Notes under the pieces: model-generated
Told to the model about the DNA's origin: nothing
Seen by the model: only the letters and a program-made list of their open reading frames with translations
The model's database searches: none
Assembly (NCBI RefSeq): GCF_009834535.1
Contig: NC_045696.1
Span: forward strand, 37,698,001 to 37,762,000
Source of the DNA: Camelus ferus
Lineage: Eukaryota
Direction: 5' to 3'
DNA: 64,000 nucleotides
Position numbers and translations under genes: made by a program
Shown here: piece after piece, positions 1 through 12,569 of the stretch
How positions within the stretch are numbered: position 1 is the first letter of the stretch
Layout of the letters: the number at the start of each line of letters is the position of its first letter

Positions 1-1804
1 TTCTTTATAATTTAGTAATCCAACAGATTACCAATATCTATAGTCCAGTAATACCATGTACATAAATAATAAAAGCACTGTTATCTTGAAATCATTACAT
101 TTAAAATTTTTGACACTGAAATATAAAACTAAAAATCCCCTAGCACCTGGGTGAATGAAGTAAATGAAATGTTTATGTAAAGAGAAAAGAAGAAATTCAT
201 TAGAAAGAATAAATATCCATATTTATTTGAAAACCAAGTACCTTCAAGGATTGTTTTAACCCAAAATCCATTTTAAAAATTAAAAGCTATACTCTACATT
301 CCTCCTGAGAATTTAAATATGTTGAAATGTGTAAATCTTTGAGAAGTAATTACGATATGTATCTATATGTACATTTATAAACACACATAAATACATATGT
401 ATTCACCTCATTTATAGTAAAATATATTTTATATTACTTCAATGCCATAAGAAACATTTGATTATAATTATTGTGAAAGTTAAAGATTAGTACAACTGTG
501 AGCAATGTCCAGAAAGTTGGCAATCAATGGGAAAATGCACCCTAATGACAACACAGACCATTGTAAGATAGTTCTTTCTGTATCTGGGGATCCAGAGACA
601 TTTGCTAGACTAAAATTCATGGCATTATTAATATTTTGAATTACAGAACTCATCTATTTCCCAGGCCCCTAGGCACATGTAGTACAAGAACACCAATTTA
701 ATTAAGATAACATTTGAAATCAAGAGCTAAGCTGGTCCCTTTTACATTAACAAATACTCATTAAATAGATGCTATATATCAATTTCTGAGGATTTACAAA
801 GACTGAACTGTAAATAGATTGCAAATAACTGGGCCTAGGGTGAAAAACTTCATTGTTTTCAGATTCTTCCTAATATTTTCATGGAAAAGAAAAAGTTTCT
901 CCCTTCTTTCAGATGAGATGTATCAGATGGTTAATACCCTATAATAAAACTATCCAACCACAGTCATTGATATTGAAGGAGAATGCTTGATTATATAACA
1001 GTAATTAACTTATTCATTTACCGCTTGTGTTTAGCAGCAAAATATAACAATTCATACATAATCTATCACAAATGGTTGTTTGGAAGATGAATTCATATGC
1101 ATTAAATTATTTTAGGTTCAACAATTATGTTGTTAAAAATAGTCATATAATATTATAGAACATGAACTAGGGTTAAGAAAGTTGATATTAATAATTCTTT
1201 ATTTTAAAAGTTCAAATGAGCCCTTCAAAAGATTAAGATGCACACAGTCTATAACACGTCTTGTCCAAAATAAGATGTTAAATAACATCTGGAGAACACA
1301 AAATATTTCTAGAAAATATAACCATAATATTATTTGTGAAACTTTGGTACACATAATAAAAGTTAAAATGCCAAAGTGGAGTTAAGGCTTATCAGACAAC
1401 ACAATATTATTCTAAAATATTCTATCTGTTATGTTTCAAGGACAATTTTAAAGCAGGACAATCGAGAACTTGCAGAGTAGCAATCCACATGATAATGCAA
1501 AAAAATGATTTAAATGAGAAAATTTTATACAAGCAATGTGTTTATATTACTAAAAGACATAAGCAGATGATTTAAAATATGAAATATCTACTACATTATG
1601 ATCTCACTTGCCAGTCAAATCTAAAATCAAACATTCATAACATGACTTAAAATTTTATTATTAACATCCTTAACAGGATATCATTAAGCAAAGGCAAATA
1701 TAGAAAGAATTTAAAATTGATAAAGGTAACAAGTAGATTACTTTACGTCTTGCAGAAATTTAATAAAAGTCCTAGTGTTTACTCTGGTGTCTCTGTCCAC
1801 TAAA

Positions 1805-2395
1805 AAGATTTGAGCTATCAAGCCAAGTAAGGACATTGAGGAACCTTAAATGCAAATGAAAGAAGCTTATCTTAAAAGGATTCCAACTATATAAACACTG
1901 ATCCATTAGTAAAGGTAGAACTATAGAAACAGTAAAAAGATTAGTGGTTGGTAGTTTCAGAGAGAAGGAGGGATGAATAAGTCAAGTTCAAGGATTTCTT
2001 AAGGCAGTGAATCTATTCAGTATGACTATAATGATGGATACACATCATTATGTATTTGTTTAAAACCATATGCATTTGTTTAAAACAGTGAATCTATTCA
2101 GTGAATCTATTCAGTATGACTATAATGATGGATACACGTCATTATGCATTTGTTTAAAACCATAGAATGTACAAAACCTAGAGTGAACCCTACTGTAAAT
2201 TACAGACTTTGGGTGGTAACAGTTGGTGTCAATGTTGGTTCATTTCTTGTAACAAATGTTCCTCTCTGGTCTAAATGTTCATGGTGGGGGAGGCTTTGCA
2301 TGTGTAGGGAGAGAGGGTTTATGGGAACTCTGTACTTTCTGCTCAATTTTGCTGTGAATATAAAATTTCCTTAAAAAATAAATTATTAAAATAAA
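1805..2395 (+). mobile_element. Old LINE-1 3' UTR fragment (L1MC1/L1MC2-like)
   Basis: Motifs tgagctatcaagcc..gaggaaccttaaatgc, catagaatgtacaaaacctagagtgaaccctactgtaaa and atgggaactctgtactttctgctcaattttgctgtgaa, followed by an A-rich end, resemble recalled L1MC 3' ends. Confidence 0.8.
2005..2164 (+). repeat. Complex local tandem duplication (2 x 66 bp with a 28-bp templated spacer)
   Basis: 2005-2070 and 2099-2164 differ at 2 positions. The spacer is a copy of sequence near the unit end (tgcatttgtttaaaa) plus a copy of the unit start (cagtgaatctatt). Confidence 0.92.
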
Positions 2396-2700
2396 CAAGC
2401 AAAAAATAATTAAAGTTGGTTTTCAAAACACATATAGCTGGAAAATGGCACTGCCATCAGAGTTATATAATACAAATTGCATGGAAATTTATTGATTCAT
2501 TTTTCCATAACTTTCTAGTTTAGCACTTAGACATGGGGTTTGGTGAAATAGATAATAGGTAGCTTGTATGTATGTAAATTATGATTTATAAATCATAAAT
2601 TTAGTGGGACAACAACAACTAATATAATTTTTCTAGGCAAACCACCTAGGCAGTGTTTAGAATAATTTTTATTCAATACTACTTATAAATACATGCAACA

Positions 2701-3089
2701 TTCCCAACATCACTTGCTGAAGAGATTTTTATTCCATTGTATATTCTTAGGAAAACTGCATAGCTGCATGTAAATTAATGAAGTCAGAACACTCCCTCAT
2801 ATCATACACAAAAATAAACTCAAAAAGGCTTAAAGACTTAAACATAAGACAAGACACTATAAACCTTTTAGAAGAAAACATAGGCAAAATATTTTCAGAC
2901 ATAAATATTAGCAATGCTCTCCTAGGGCAGTCTAGCCAGGCAGTTAAAATGAAAGCAAAAATATACAAATGGGACCTAATTAAACTTACAGGCTTTTTCA
3001 CAGCAAAGGAAACCGTAAGCAAAACAAAATGGCAACCTATGAAATGGGAGAAAACATTTGCAAATGATGCAACTGACAAGAACTTAATT
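2701..3089 (+). mobile_element. Short L1 ORF2 fragment with a 48-bp inverted 5' piece, 3'-truncated
   Basis: 2750-3089 encodes L1 ORF2-like peptide (YTKINSK..KDLNIR..KWDLIKL). 2701-2748 is the reverse complement of the L1 sequence immediately upstream (compare sense copy ~8398-8447). No poly(A). Confidence 0.88.
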
Positions 3090-3554
3090 GATACATAACT
3101 CTTGTGGATTTTGAAAAACTGTACTCAACTACCTTGTTCAAATAAGAGGAAGATTGCCTTTCATTGATACAGTGACTTCCTCTGAATTATTTTTAAGAAA
3201 GACTTTATCAGGGAGCCAGATCTGAACTTAAATCTATTCTTAAGTATTTCTGTCATAAATAATTCTCTGTCAAAAATAAACTCTCTCTATATATTATCTT
3301 TGAAATGTATCTGTGTGTGTGTATTTCCCACTAGTCTTAGGAGAACATGAGTAAATGAAGATAAATTATTTGATGTCTATTATGTAAAATCACATATATA
3401 AATATTGCTTAATGGGCAGTGTAAAAATCAGCAATCAATAACCAGATTTATTTTGTTTGCTTTGCTTTACATTGGATTATCTGCAGAGAATAGATCACTG
3501 GGACCACGAATGAATTCAAGAAAGCTCATTCCAGAGACAGAACTTTAAAGATAT

Positions 3555-3975
3555 TTATGTTACTTTCCTGTTGCTGTTGTAACATATTACCACACCTTTG
3601 GTGGCTTTTAAAAAACACAAATTTATTACTTTCTAGTTCTGGAGGTAAGATGTTTGAAATGGGTTGCATTGCACTAAAGCAAGGCTCTGGCTGGTGTTGA
3701 CCTTCCTTTTGGAGATTCTAGGAGTCCTTCCCTTCTCTTTTCCAGCTTCCCAAGGCCCCCTGCACTGAATTGTTTGAGGCCCCTTCTTCAAAGCTAGCAG
3801 TGTAACATCTTCAGTTCTCTTCCTGACTCTGATCCTCTGCTTCTTCTTTGAAATACAAGGCCTCTTATTATACTCAGCCCACCCAGATAATCTACTATAA
3901 CCTTCCTTTCTCAATATCCTTAATTTAATCACACCTGCAAAATTCCCTTTGCTATATAAAATAACATGTTTACAT
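3555..3975 (-). mobile_element. MaLR LTR (MLT1D-like)
   Basis: gctgttgtaacatattaccac..aaatttatta..agttctggagg..gcccacccagataatc..aatcacacctgcaaaattccctttgc resembles the recalled antisense MLT1D. Confidence 0.78.
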
Positions 3976-3994
3976 AAAAAGGTAAGTTTAGCAA

Positions 3995-4520
3995 TACTCA
4001 GGATAATCCAATATTATATCCTTATTTTATGGCCAGCTGATTATTAGCCTTAATTTCATCCAGAAAGTTCACTTACAGCATTATACAGATCAGTGTTTGA
4101 CTGAATAATGTTATGATAGGCAGAATAATGTCCTAATCCCCAGAATTTGTAAACATATTACTGGTTAAAGTAGAATCCTATCTATAGTAACAAAGAAATA
4201 ACAAAATTTAGTATTTCAGACAAGTAAGATGTTTATTTTATGTAACAATCAATAGCGTGTACTAGATTTAGCTCCAAAAACTCATCAAGGGAACCACAAG
4301 TGGCAGAGTAACATTCTCATTCTAAATATGTGGTTGTCAAGGCTGCTTGTCATTTCTAGTCATCATAGGTGAAAGAAAGCCCATGGTGAACATCTTTCAA
4401 ACAAGTGAAACCACAAGTTTAGACGTTTCTTCTGCTCATATTTCATTGACAAATTCTTATGCCACAGCCACACCTAGAATCAAGGAAGACTAGAAATGTA
4501 GTTTAGCAGAACAGCCAATG
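3995..4520. mobile_element. Cluster of further degraded MaLR (MLT1) fragments
   Basis: ggataatcc..cagctgatta..agtgtttgactgaataa; ggcagaataatgtcctaatcccagaa; tctgctcatatttcattgac..gccacacctag..aggaagactagaaatgtagtt (MLT1J-like). Confidence 0.55.
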
Positions 4521-4744
4521 ATCTGGGGGAAAGAGATAAATAAAAGTATCCATTGTAACAAGTAAACAAACAAATATATTGATATCAACATAAAAGGAGT
4601 TCTAAAAAAAGAGAACAGAGAAAATGCAGGAATCACATCACCAAAATACCTTAAATACTTTCAAGAACTTAATAAGTAGCTAGAAACTAGTATGGATACA
4701 GTTGCTGTACTGAAATGGTGCAACTCAGAATACATTCTAAAACA

Positions 4745-5664
4745 CATCTGTATTTAATCTATGACAAAGGGGAAAGATTACACAATGGAGAAGAGACAAT
4801 ATCTTCAATAAGTGGTTGGGAAATCACTGGGAAAACTACAGCTACATATAAAAGAATGCAACCAGAACATTACCTATAACATTTACAAAAATAAAGTTAA
4901 AATGGATTAAAGTCCTGCATGTAAGACCAAATACTACAAAATTCCTAGAGGAAAACATAGGTCTTTGACATGAATCTCAGCAATATTTTTTGGATCTGTC
5001 TCTGAGAGTAATGGGAATAAAAGCAAAAATAAACAAATGAGACCTAACTGAACTTAAAAGCTTTTGCAAAGCAAAGGAACCCATAAACAAAAGGAAAAGA
5101 CAACCTATGGAATGGAAGAAAATATTTGCAAATGATGCAACCAATGGGGTAAAATTCCAAAACATAGGAACAGCTCATACAGCTAATATCAAAAAAAGAA
5201 ACAACTCAATAGAAAAATAGTCAGAAGACCTAAATAGACATTTCTCCAAAGAAGACATACAGATGGACAACAGGCACATGGAAAGATGCTCAATATCACA
5301 ATTATTAGAGAAATGCAAATAAAAACTTCAAAGAGGGCTCACCTCACACCAGTCAGAATGGCCGTCATTAACAAGTCTACAAATAATAAGTGCCAAAGAG
5401 GGTGTGAAGAAAAGGGAACCCTCCTACACTGTTGGTGGAAATGTAAACTGGTGCAGCCACTATGGAAAACAGTATGGAGATTCCTTAAAAAGCTAAAAAA
5501 AGAGTTATCATATGATCCAGCAATCCTACTCCTAGGTGCATATCAGGAGAAAATTCTAATTCTAAAATATACATGCACCCCAATGTTCATAGCAGCACTG
5601 TTTACAGTAGCTAAGACATGGAAACAAATGTCCACTGACAGATATTTGGATAAAGAAAATGTAG

Positions 5665-5715
<51 letters not shown>

Positions 5716-6189
5716 GGTGGCATATATGTATGTATATGATGGAATATTACTTAGCCATACAAAGAATGAAATAATGCCATTTGCAGCAACATGGATGGAC
5801 CTAGAGATTATCATATTAAGGGAAGCAAGACAAAGACAAACATCATATAATATCACGTATATGTGGAATCTAAAAAGAAAAAAGTATACAAATGAACTTA
5901 TCTACAAACCAGAAATAGACTGACAGACATAGAAAACAAACATATGGTACCATAGTGGAAAGGGAGAGGGAGGGATAACTTAGAAGTCTGGGATTAATAT
6001 ACGCACACTACTATATATAAAACAGATAAACAACAAGGACCTAATGTATAGCACAGAGAACTATATTTAATCACTTGTAATTATCTATAATGGAAAATAA
6101 TTTCAAAAAGAATATGCATTATCTATGTATAACTGAATTATTTTGTTGTACACTCAAAACTAACATAACATTGTAAATCAACTACACTT
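4745..6189 (+). mobile_element. 5'-truncated L1 (end of ORF2 plus 3' UTR), degraded; host of the younger L1
   Basis: ORF 5286-5774 contains [31 protein letters not shown]. The 3' UTR ends in cattgtaaatcaactacactt. Frameshifts and stops are present. Confidence 0.95.
5669..5712 (+). repeat. (CA)22 microsatellite inside L1
   Basis: Perfect CA run seen directly. Confidence 0.97.
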
Positions 6190-6206
6190 AAAGAAAAATT
6201 TGTTTT

Positions 6207-7976
6207 CACCTCCTTGGTTAGATTTATTCCCAGATATTTTATGACTTTGGGTGCTATTTTAAAGGGGATTGTTTCTTTACTTTCTTCTTCTGTTGATTTA
6301 TCGTTAGTGTAAAGAAATACAACTGATTTTTGAACGTTAATTTTGTAACCTGCTACCTTGCTGAATTCTTCAATCAGCTCTAGTAGCTTTTGTGTGGACC
6401 TTTTAGGGTTTTCTATATATAGTAACATGTCATCAGCATATAATGACACTTTTACCTCTTCTTTTCCAATTTGGATCCCTTTTATTTCTTTCTCTTGCCT
6501 GACTGCTGTGGCTAGGACTTCCAGGACTATGTTGAATAGGAGTGGTGATAGTGGGCATCCTTGTCTTGTCCCAGATTTTAGTGGGAAGCTTTTGAGTTTT
6601 TCACCGTTGAGTACTATGCTGGCTGTAGGTTTGTCATATATAGCTTTTATTATGTTGAGATATGTTCCCTCTATACCCACTTCGGCGAGAGTTTTTATCA
6701 TAAATGGGTGTTGAATTTTATCACATGCTTTTTCTGCATCGATTGAGATGATCATGTGGTTTTTGTCCTTTCTCTTGTTGATGTGATGTATTACACTGAT
6801 TGATTTGCGTATGTTGAACCAGCCTTGTGTCCCTGGGATGAACCCCACTTGGTCATGATGTATAATCTTTTTTATGTGTTGTTGGATTCTATTTGCTAAA
6901 ATTTTGGTGAGGATTTTGGCGTCTATGTTCATCAGTGACATTGGCCTATAATTCTCTTTTTTTGTAGTGTCTTTGCCTGGTTTTGGTATCAGGGTGATGG
7001 TGCCTTCATAGAATGAGTTTGGGAGTATTCCCTCCTTTTCAATCGTCTGGAAGAGTTTGAGAAGGACTGGTATGAGTTCATCTTTGTATGTTTGGTAGAA
7101 TTCCCCGGTGAAGCCGTCCGGTCCTGGACTTTTATTTGTAGGGAGGTTTTTAATTGCTATTTCTATTTCCTTTCTAGTGATCGGATTGTTCAAGTGTTCA
7201 GATTCTTCTTGATTCAGTTTTGGTGGACAGTATGTTTCCAGAAACTTGTCCATCTCCTCTAGGTTATCCAGTTTGGTTCCATATAGTTTTTCATAATATT
7301 CTCGTATGATATTCTGTATTTCTATTTTGTTTGTTGTAATTTCTCCATTTTCCTTTCTTATTTTGCTAATTTGTGCTCTCTCTTTTTTCTTCTTTGTGAG
7401 TTTGGCCAGAGGTTTGTCGATTTTACTTACTTTTTCAAAAAACCAGCTTTTGGTTTGGTTGATTTTTCCTATGGTCTTGTTAATCTCTATTGTATTTAAT
7501 TCCTCTCTGATATTTATTATTTCCTTCCTTCTGCTGCTTTTTGGGGCTTTTTGTTCTTCTTTTTCTAATTTATTCAGGTGGTGGGTTAAATTGTTTATTT
7601 GAGATTGTTCTTCTTTTTTGAGGAAGGCCTGTATTGCTATAAACTTCCCTCTTAGCACTGCCTTTGCTGTGTCCCATAGGTTTTGAGTGGTTGTGCTTTC
7701 ATTATCATTTGTCTCAAGGTATTTTTTAATTTCAGCTTTGATTTCCTCATTGATCCATTGTTTTTTCAATAACATATTGTTTAATCTCCATGCTTTCCCT
7801 TTTTTCTCCTTTGTTTCTCTGTTGTTGATTTCCAGTTTCATGGCATTGTGGTCAGTAAAGATGCTTGAGATAATTTCTATCTTCTTAAAATTGTTGAGGT
7901 TTCTTTTGTGCCCAAGTACATGATCGATTCTAGAAAATGTTCCATGTGCACTTGAAAAGAATGTATATCCTATTTT
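6207..7976 (-). pseudogene. L1 ORF2 segment: endonuclease C-terminus, Z domain and reverse transcriptase (uninterrupted frame)
   Basis: Frame is open from 7976 ([22 protein letters not shown]) through [27 protein letters not shown] and [12 protein letters not shown]. This is the 567-aa ORF 6138-7841 of the track; its last ~22 aa are flank read-through. Confidence 0.96.
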
Positions 7977-7979
7977 TTA

Positions 7980-9434
7980 GAAAACTATAAACCATTGATG
8001 AAGGAAATTAAAGAAGACTTTAAAAAATGGGAAGATATTCCATGCTCTTGGATTGGAAGAATCAATATTGTTAAAATGGTCACACTGCCCAAGGCAATCT
8101 ACAGATTTAATGCAATCCCTATCCAATTACCCAGGACATATTTCACAGAACTAGAAAAAATCATAATAAAATTCATATGGAACCATCAAAGCCCTAGAAT
8201 AGCCAAAGCATTACTGAAGAGAAAGAAAGAGGCTGGAGGAATAACTCTCCCAGACTTCAGACAATACTATAGAGCTACAGTCATCAAGACAGCATGGTAT
8301 TGGTACCAAAACAGACATATAGACCAATGGAACAGAATAGAGAGCCCAGAAATGAACTCACAAACTTTTGGTCAACTCATCTTTGACAAAGGAGGCAAGA
8401 ATATACATTGGAATAAAGACAGTCTCTTCAGCAAATGGTGTTGGGAAAACTGGACAGCAGCATGTAAAACAATGAAGCTAGAACATTCCCTTACACCATA
8501 TACAAAAATCAACTCAAAATGGATTAAAGACTTAAACATAAGACAAGATACAATAAACCTCCTAGAGGAAAACATAGGCAAAACATTATCTGACATACAT
8601 TTAAAAAATTTTCTCCTAGAAGAAATAAAAGCAAGAATAAACAAATGGGACCTAATGAAACTTACAAGCTTCTGCACAGCAAAGGAAACCAGAAATAAAA
8701 CAAGATGAAAACCTACGGAATGGGAGAAAATTTTTGCAAGTGAAACCGACAAAGGCTTGATCTCCAGAATATATAAGCAGCTCATATGACTCAATAAGAA
8801 AAAAATAAACAACCCAATCCAAAAATGGGCAGAAGACCTAAACAAGCAATTCTCCAAGGAAGACATACAAATGATCAAAAAGCACATGAAAGAATGCTCA
8901 ATATCACTAATTATCAGAGAAATGCAAATCAAAACTACAATGAGGTATCACCTCACACCAGTCAGAATGGCCGTCATTCAAAAATCCACAAATGACAAAT
9001 GCTGGAGAGGCTGTGGAGAAAGGGGAACCCTCCTACACTGCTGGTGGGAATGCAGTTTGGTGCAGCCACTATGGAAAACAGTGTGGAGATTCCTCAAAAG
9101 ACTAGGAATAGACTTACCATATGACCCAGGAATCCCACTCCTGGGCTTGTGTCCAGAAGGAAATCTACTTCAGGATGACACCTGCACCCCAATGTTCATA
9201 GCAGCACTATTTACAATAGCCAAAACATGGAAACAGCCTAAATGTCCATCAACAGGTGACTGGATAAAGAAGAGGTGGTATATTTATACAATGGAATACT
9301 ACTCAGCCATAAAAACCGACAACATAATGCCATTTGCAGCAACATGGATGCTCCTGGAGAATGTCATTCTAAGTGAAGTAAGCCAGAAAGAGAAAGAAAA
9401 ATACCATATGAGATCGCTCATATGTGGAATCTAA
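7980..9434 (+). pseudogene. L1 ORF2 C-terminal segment with Cys-rich domain and two in-frame stops
   Basis: [36 protein letters not shown] all in one frame. In-frame TGA at 8706-8708 and 8787-8789. Confidence 0.95.
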
Positions 9435-9959
9435 AAAACAAAAACAAAAACAAACAAACAAACAAACAAAAACAGACAGAAATAGACTCACAGACAGAGA
9501 ATACAGACTTGTGGTTACCAGGGGGGTGGAGGGTGGGAAGGGATAGACTGGGATTTCAAAATTGTAGAATAGACTACACTGTATAGCACAGGGAAATATA
9601 CACAAAATGTTATGATAACTCACAGAGATAAAAGTGTGACAATGAGTGTGTATATGTCCATGAATAACTGAAAAATTGTGCTGAACACTGGAATTTGACA
9701 CAACATTGTAAAATGATTATAAATCAATAAAAAATGTTTAAAAAAAAGAAAAAAAAAAGAAAAATTTGTTTTGAAAAAAATTTTTAGAAATTATCTTTCA
9801 TTAAGTCACTGTCCAAACTTGAATAGGTTATTAAGTCTTCTAATTCTACTTTCCTTCACTTGTGAAGCTGAAATAATAATATGATTTTTTATGAAGATCT
9901 TCCTTGTCCAAGCAAAATCTCTTTTTCCAAGCATATCTCCTTACCCTTTTGATTTAATT

Positions 9960-10265
9960 GGGGCTTTATACCTGGTTCATGAATGATGACCATTAGGCAT
10001 GTGGTCATTTCTGGCCAAAGCATCTTATTGCCAATGTGAAATACTACAGAGCTCTGTCATTGTCTTGTGGCACTGAGAAAAGCATTTTGTGTTGAGGTTT
10101 TGAATTTGAAGATTAAAGCAAGTGGGATCATGGAGCACAATGGCCCTAGAGAATCACTTGGACCTGTTCCAAACTTTATGTGAATAGAGGATAGATGTCT
10201 GTTTGTAGAGCCACTGATATGGAGTTATTTTACTATCGCATAACTTAACCTATATTGACTAAAAC
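9960..10265 (+). mobile_element. Degraded MaLR LTR (MLT1H-like)
   Basis: 3' end agccactgatatggagttatttactatcgcataacttaacctatattgactaaaac resembles MLT1 termini. Confidence 0.5.
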
Positions 10266-11989
10266 GTTATATTTTATGAATTTATTCTATATGATCTAAA
10301 GCTAGTTTAAATATCATACTTTGATTTCTTAAATTCTAGTGGGGCACATGTTTTCCAGTACAAAAACAGAGTCACAAAACAAGAGAAGATATTTCTATTA
10401 GTATTTAGTCATGTCTGTCTACTTCATAAATAAGAAATATTTATAGAGGCAACAGCATTTTTTAATCTTGGAAAAACTAGCAAACAACCTAAGATGAAGT
10501 TTGTATCCCTTGGGATGAGAGAGTCAGAGAGAGAAGCAGGAAGACAGGAGACAGAAACAGAACACAGAATATTTTAAGAGGCTGTTTTCATAAACTGTAC
10601 CTTTTCGGAATTTTTCCATATAGGCCTGGCATTTTTGAGCTTTTCATTGACTTCTACAATTTTTGTGACAATGAAATGAGAAAAAAAAAATCTACTTTTA
10701 TGCAGTATGTATGGAAATAAGACGTATTTTTAGTAATAAGTGTAGAAAAATTAAAATGCTTTTTCATCAGTTTAAAAAAAGATCTTAAAAGGTAGCAATT
10801 GAGAAGCTTTGGATCAGAGGTAAAAAAAAACTATTGCTGTTATTGATTAAGTTTTAAAATATTCACTGGGGCCAGGAATATAAGGTCTAAGTATTTTTCT
10901 AAGTGACCAAGTAATTATTATCTACGTGATCAAGTAATATAAATTTTTTCTATGATATTAAAACAAATTGAATGTGCGTTCAGTGTTTCAGACAGAAAAT
11001 GGGCATTTGTAATTAAAATAAGTGGGATTCTCTATAGAACAATTGACTTAATGTCAAAGAAGGGTATGAAAACCACAATTTTTTTTCTATGAGACTTAAA
11101 TGAAGTTGACATCATCCTTATGATTTTAGACCATTATTTCCATAATATGAAAACAAATGAATTACATATTTTAGTCACATTTGCTTAGTACTTTTGATAC
11201 TATATTTCTCCATTCAACATTATTCTCAGAAAAGTCTTGAAATAGTTCTTAATGCACAGATTCTTATACAGTTGATCAAATATTGGTAGTAATATCTCAC
11301 AGAAAATAACAGTAAAAGGAATTTTCTTTTAAGAACTTCTAGACCAGGGAGGAAGTCGCTTCCCTAAGGCTCACTGTTGGAAAGTAGCTTGGATTTTTCC
11401 AAATTCAATTTAGGTATGAAAACAAGCATTGTTCTGGGCTTTAAGAAAAAATAGCGTAGGTCCAAATGAAAATCCAGTTTCTTCTAAAACTACTCTTCTG
11501 TTTTTAAAATGATTCCTAGAAGCATAGCTGTTTATTGGTATTGAGTGTATTTTTTAATGAGCTACTGTTTCTGTGCATCTGGTCATTATTGTAGAATCTC
11601 TTTGAAAATTAGATACTTGGAAAAGACCAAATCTAGTTGTGAAGACCAAATCTAGTTAGAAAACTTTACACAACTAACTCTTTGCCACATTTCAGTAAAT
11701 TAAAACATTTACATTAGATTCATAAACGTGTTCAATTTCTAACATCAAAGAAACAAATAGAAATTTAATTTAAGTAAGACTTTTATATCTAACTTTAGTT
11801 GTTACTTGATTTTTAAAATGTATTTTACTTTCAAATACAGTGTTTTTATTTTTAGGCTCCTAGGCAAAAAAAGGCTTTGTCATATTGGACAAAATGTATT
11901 AATGAATTACATTTATATTTTTCATCAGATGCATTTACATGTAGTATATGTCTTAATTCAAGCAAAAGAGCTCAGCATATTTGTATGAG

Positions 11990-12390
11990 TTTTTTTGAAT
12001 TGTTCTAACAAAGTATCAAGGACTGAACAGAAATTTATTGTCTCACAATTCTGGAGTCTTAGAAGTCTGAGATCAGTCAACAGGGTTGGGTCCTTCTGAG
12101 TCTATCCATGCCCCTCTGCTAGCTTCTGGTGCTATGTCGGCAATTATTTGCACTCCTCGGCTTGTTAATGTATCAGTCCAATATCTACCTTCATGTTCAC
12201 ATGGTGTTCTCCCTCTGAGCATAAATCTTCCTTTTCCACAAGGACACATTCATATTAAATTAGAGCCCACCATAATGGCCTCAGTTTAACTTGACCATTT
12301 GCAAAAGCCCTATTTCCAAATAATGTCACATTCACAGTTACTAGGAGCTAGGACTTTACATCTTTTTGAGGTAAATTGAATCCATAACAG
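11990..12390 (-). mobile_element. MaLR LTR (MLT1B-like)
   Basis: aacagaaatttattgtctcacaattctgga..agaagtctgagatc..cagggttgg..ccttctgag..ctatttccaaataatgtcacattc..ccataaca. Confidence 0.8.
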
Positions 12391-12457
12391 TAAAATATTA
12401 AAAATGACTAATCAAGCAGTTATAAGCATTATCCATAAGACCTGTGGGAAAAAGAAA

Positions 12458-12459
<2 letters not shown>

Positions 12460-12493
<34 letters not shown>

Positions 12494-12502
12494 CACACAC
12501 AC
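12460..12502 (+). repeat. (TG)n followed by a short (AC)n microsatellite
   Basis: Seen directly. Confidence 0.95.
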
Positions 12503-12569
12503 ATATATATGTTATAATCTAAGTTTGAAGGAAAAAAGCTGTTTGGATATAAAATAAGAAATAAGAAAG

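Larger units (their letters stand above)
6190..9772. mobile_element. Young 5'-truncated, 5'-inverted (twin-primed) LINE-1 with 17-bp TSD
   Basis: TSD AAAGAAAAATTTGTTTT at 6190-6206 and 9756-9772, preceded by TT (TT|AAAG endonuclease-type site). Minus-strand arm ~6207-7978, plus-strand arm 7979-9755 with AATAAA (9726-9731) and an A-rich tail. Confidence 0.97.

Noticed and set aside
6138..7841. 567-aa ORF as a host gene or novel reverse-transcriptase system
   Set aside because: It is the inverted arm of a TSD-bounded L1. It lacks a promoter, ORF1 and most of the endonuclease, and its C-terminus is flank read-through.
6358..9701. Hydrophobic ORFs opposite L1 ORF2 (e.g. 6358-6714, 7306-7602, 8372-8932, 9369-9701)
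   Set aside because: Antisense shadows of A-rich L1 sequence. The same pseudo-peptides recur at 2747, 17735, 25197 and 27894.
11623..11657. Short direct repeats here and near 20328, 27530, 48634 and 57352 as an array or CRISPR-like structure
   Set aside because: Each is an unrelated 2-4-copy local slippage duplication, with no shared repeat or regular spacers.
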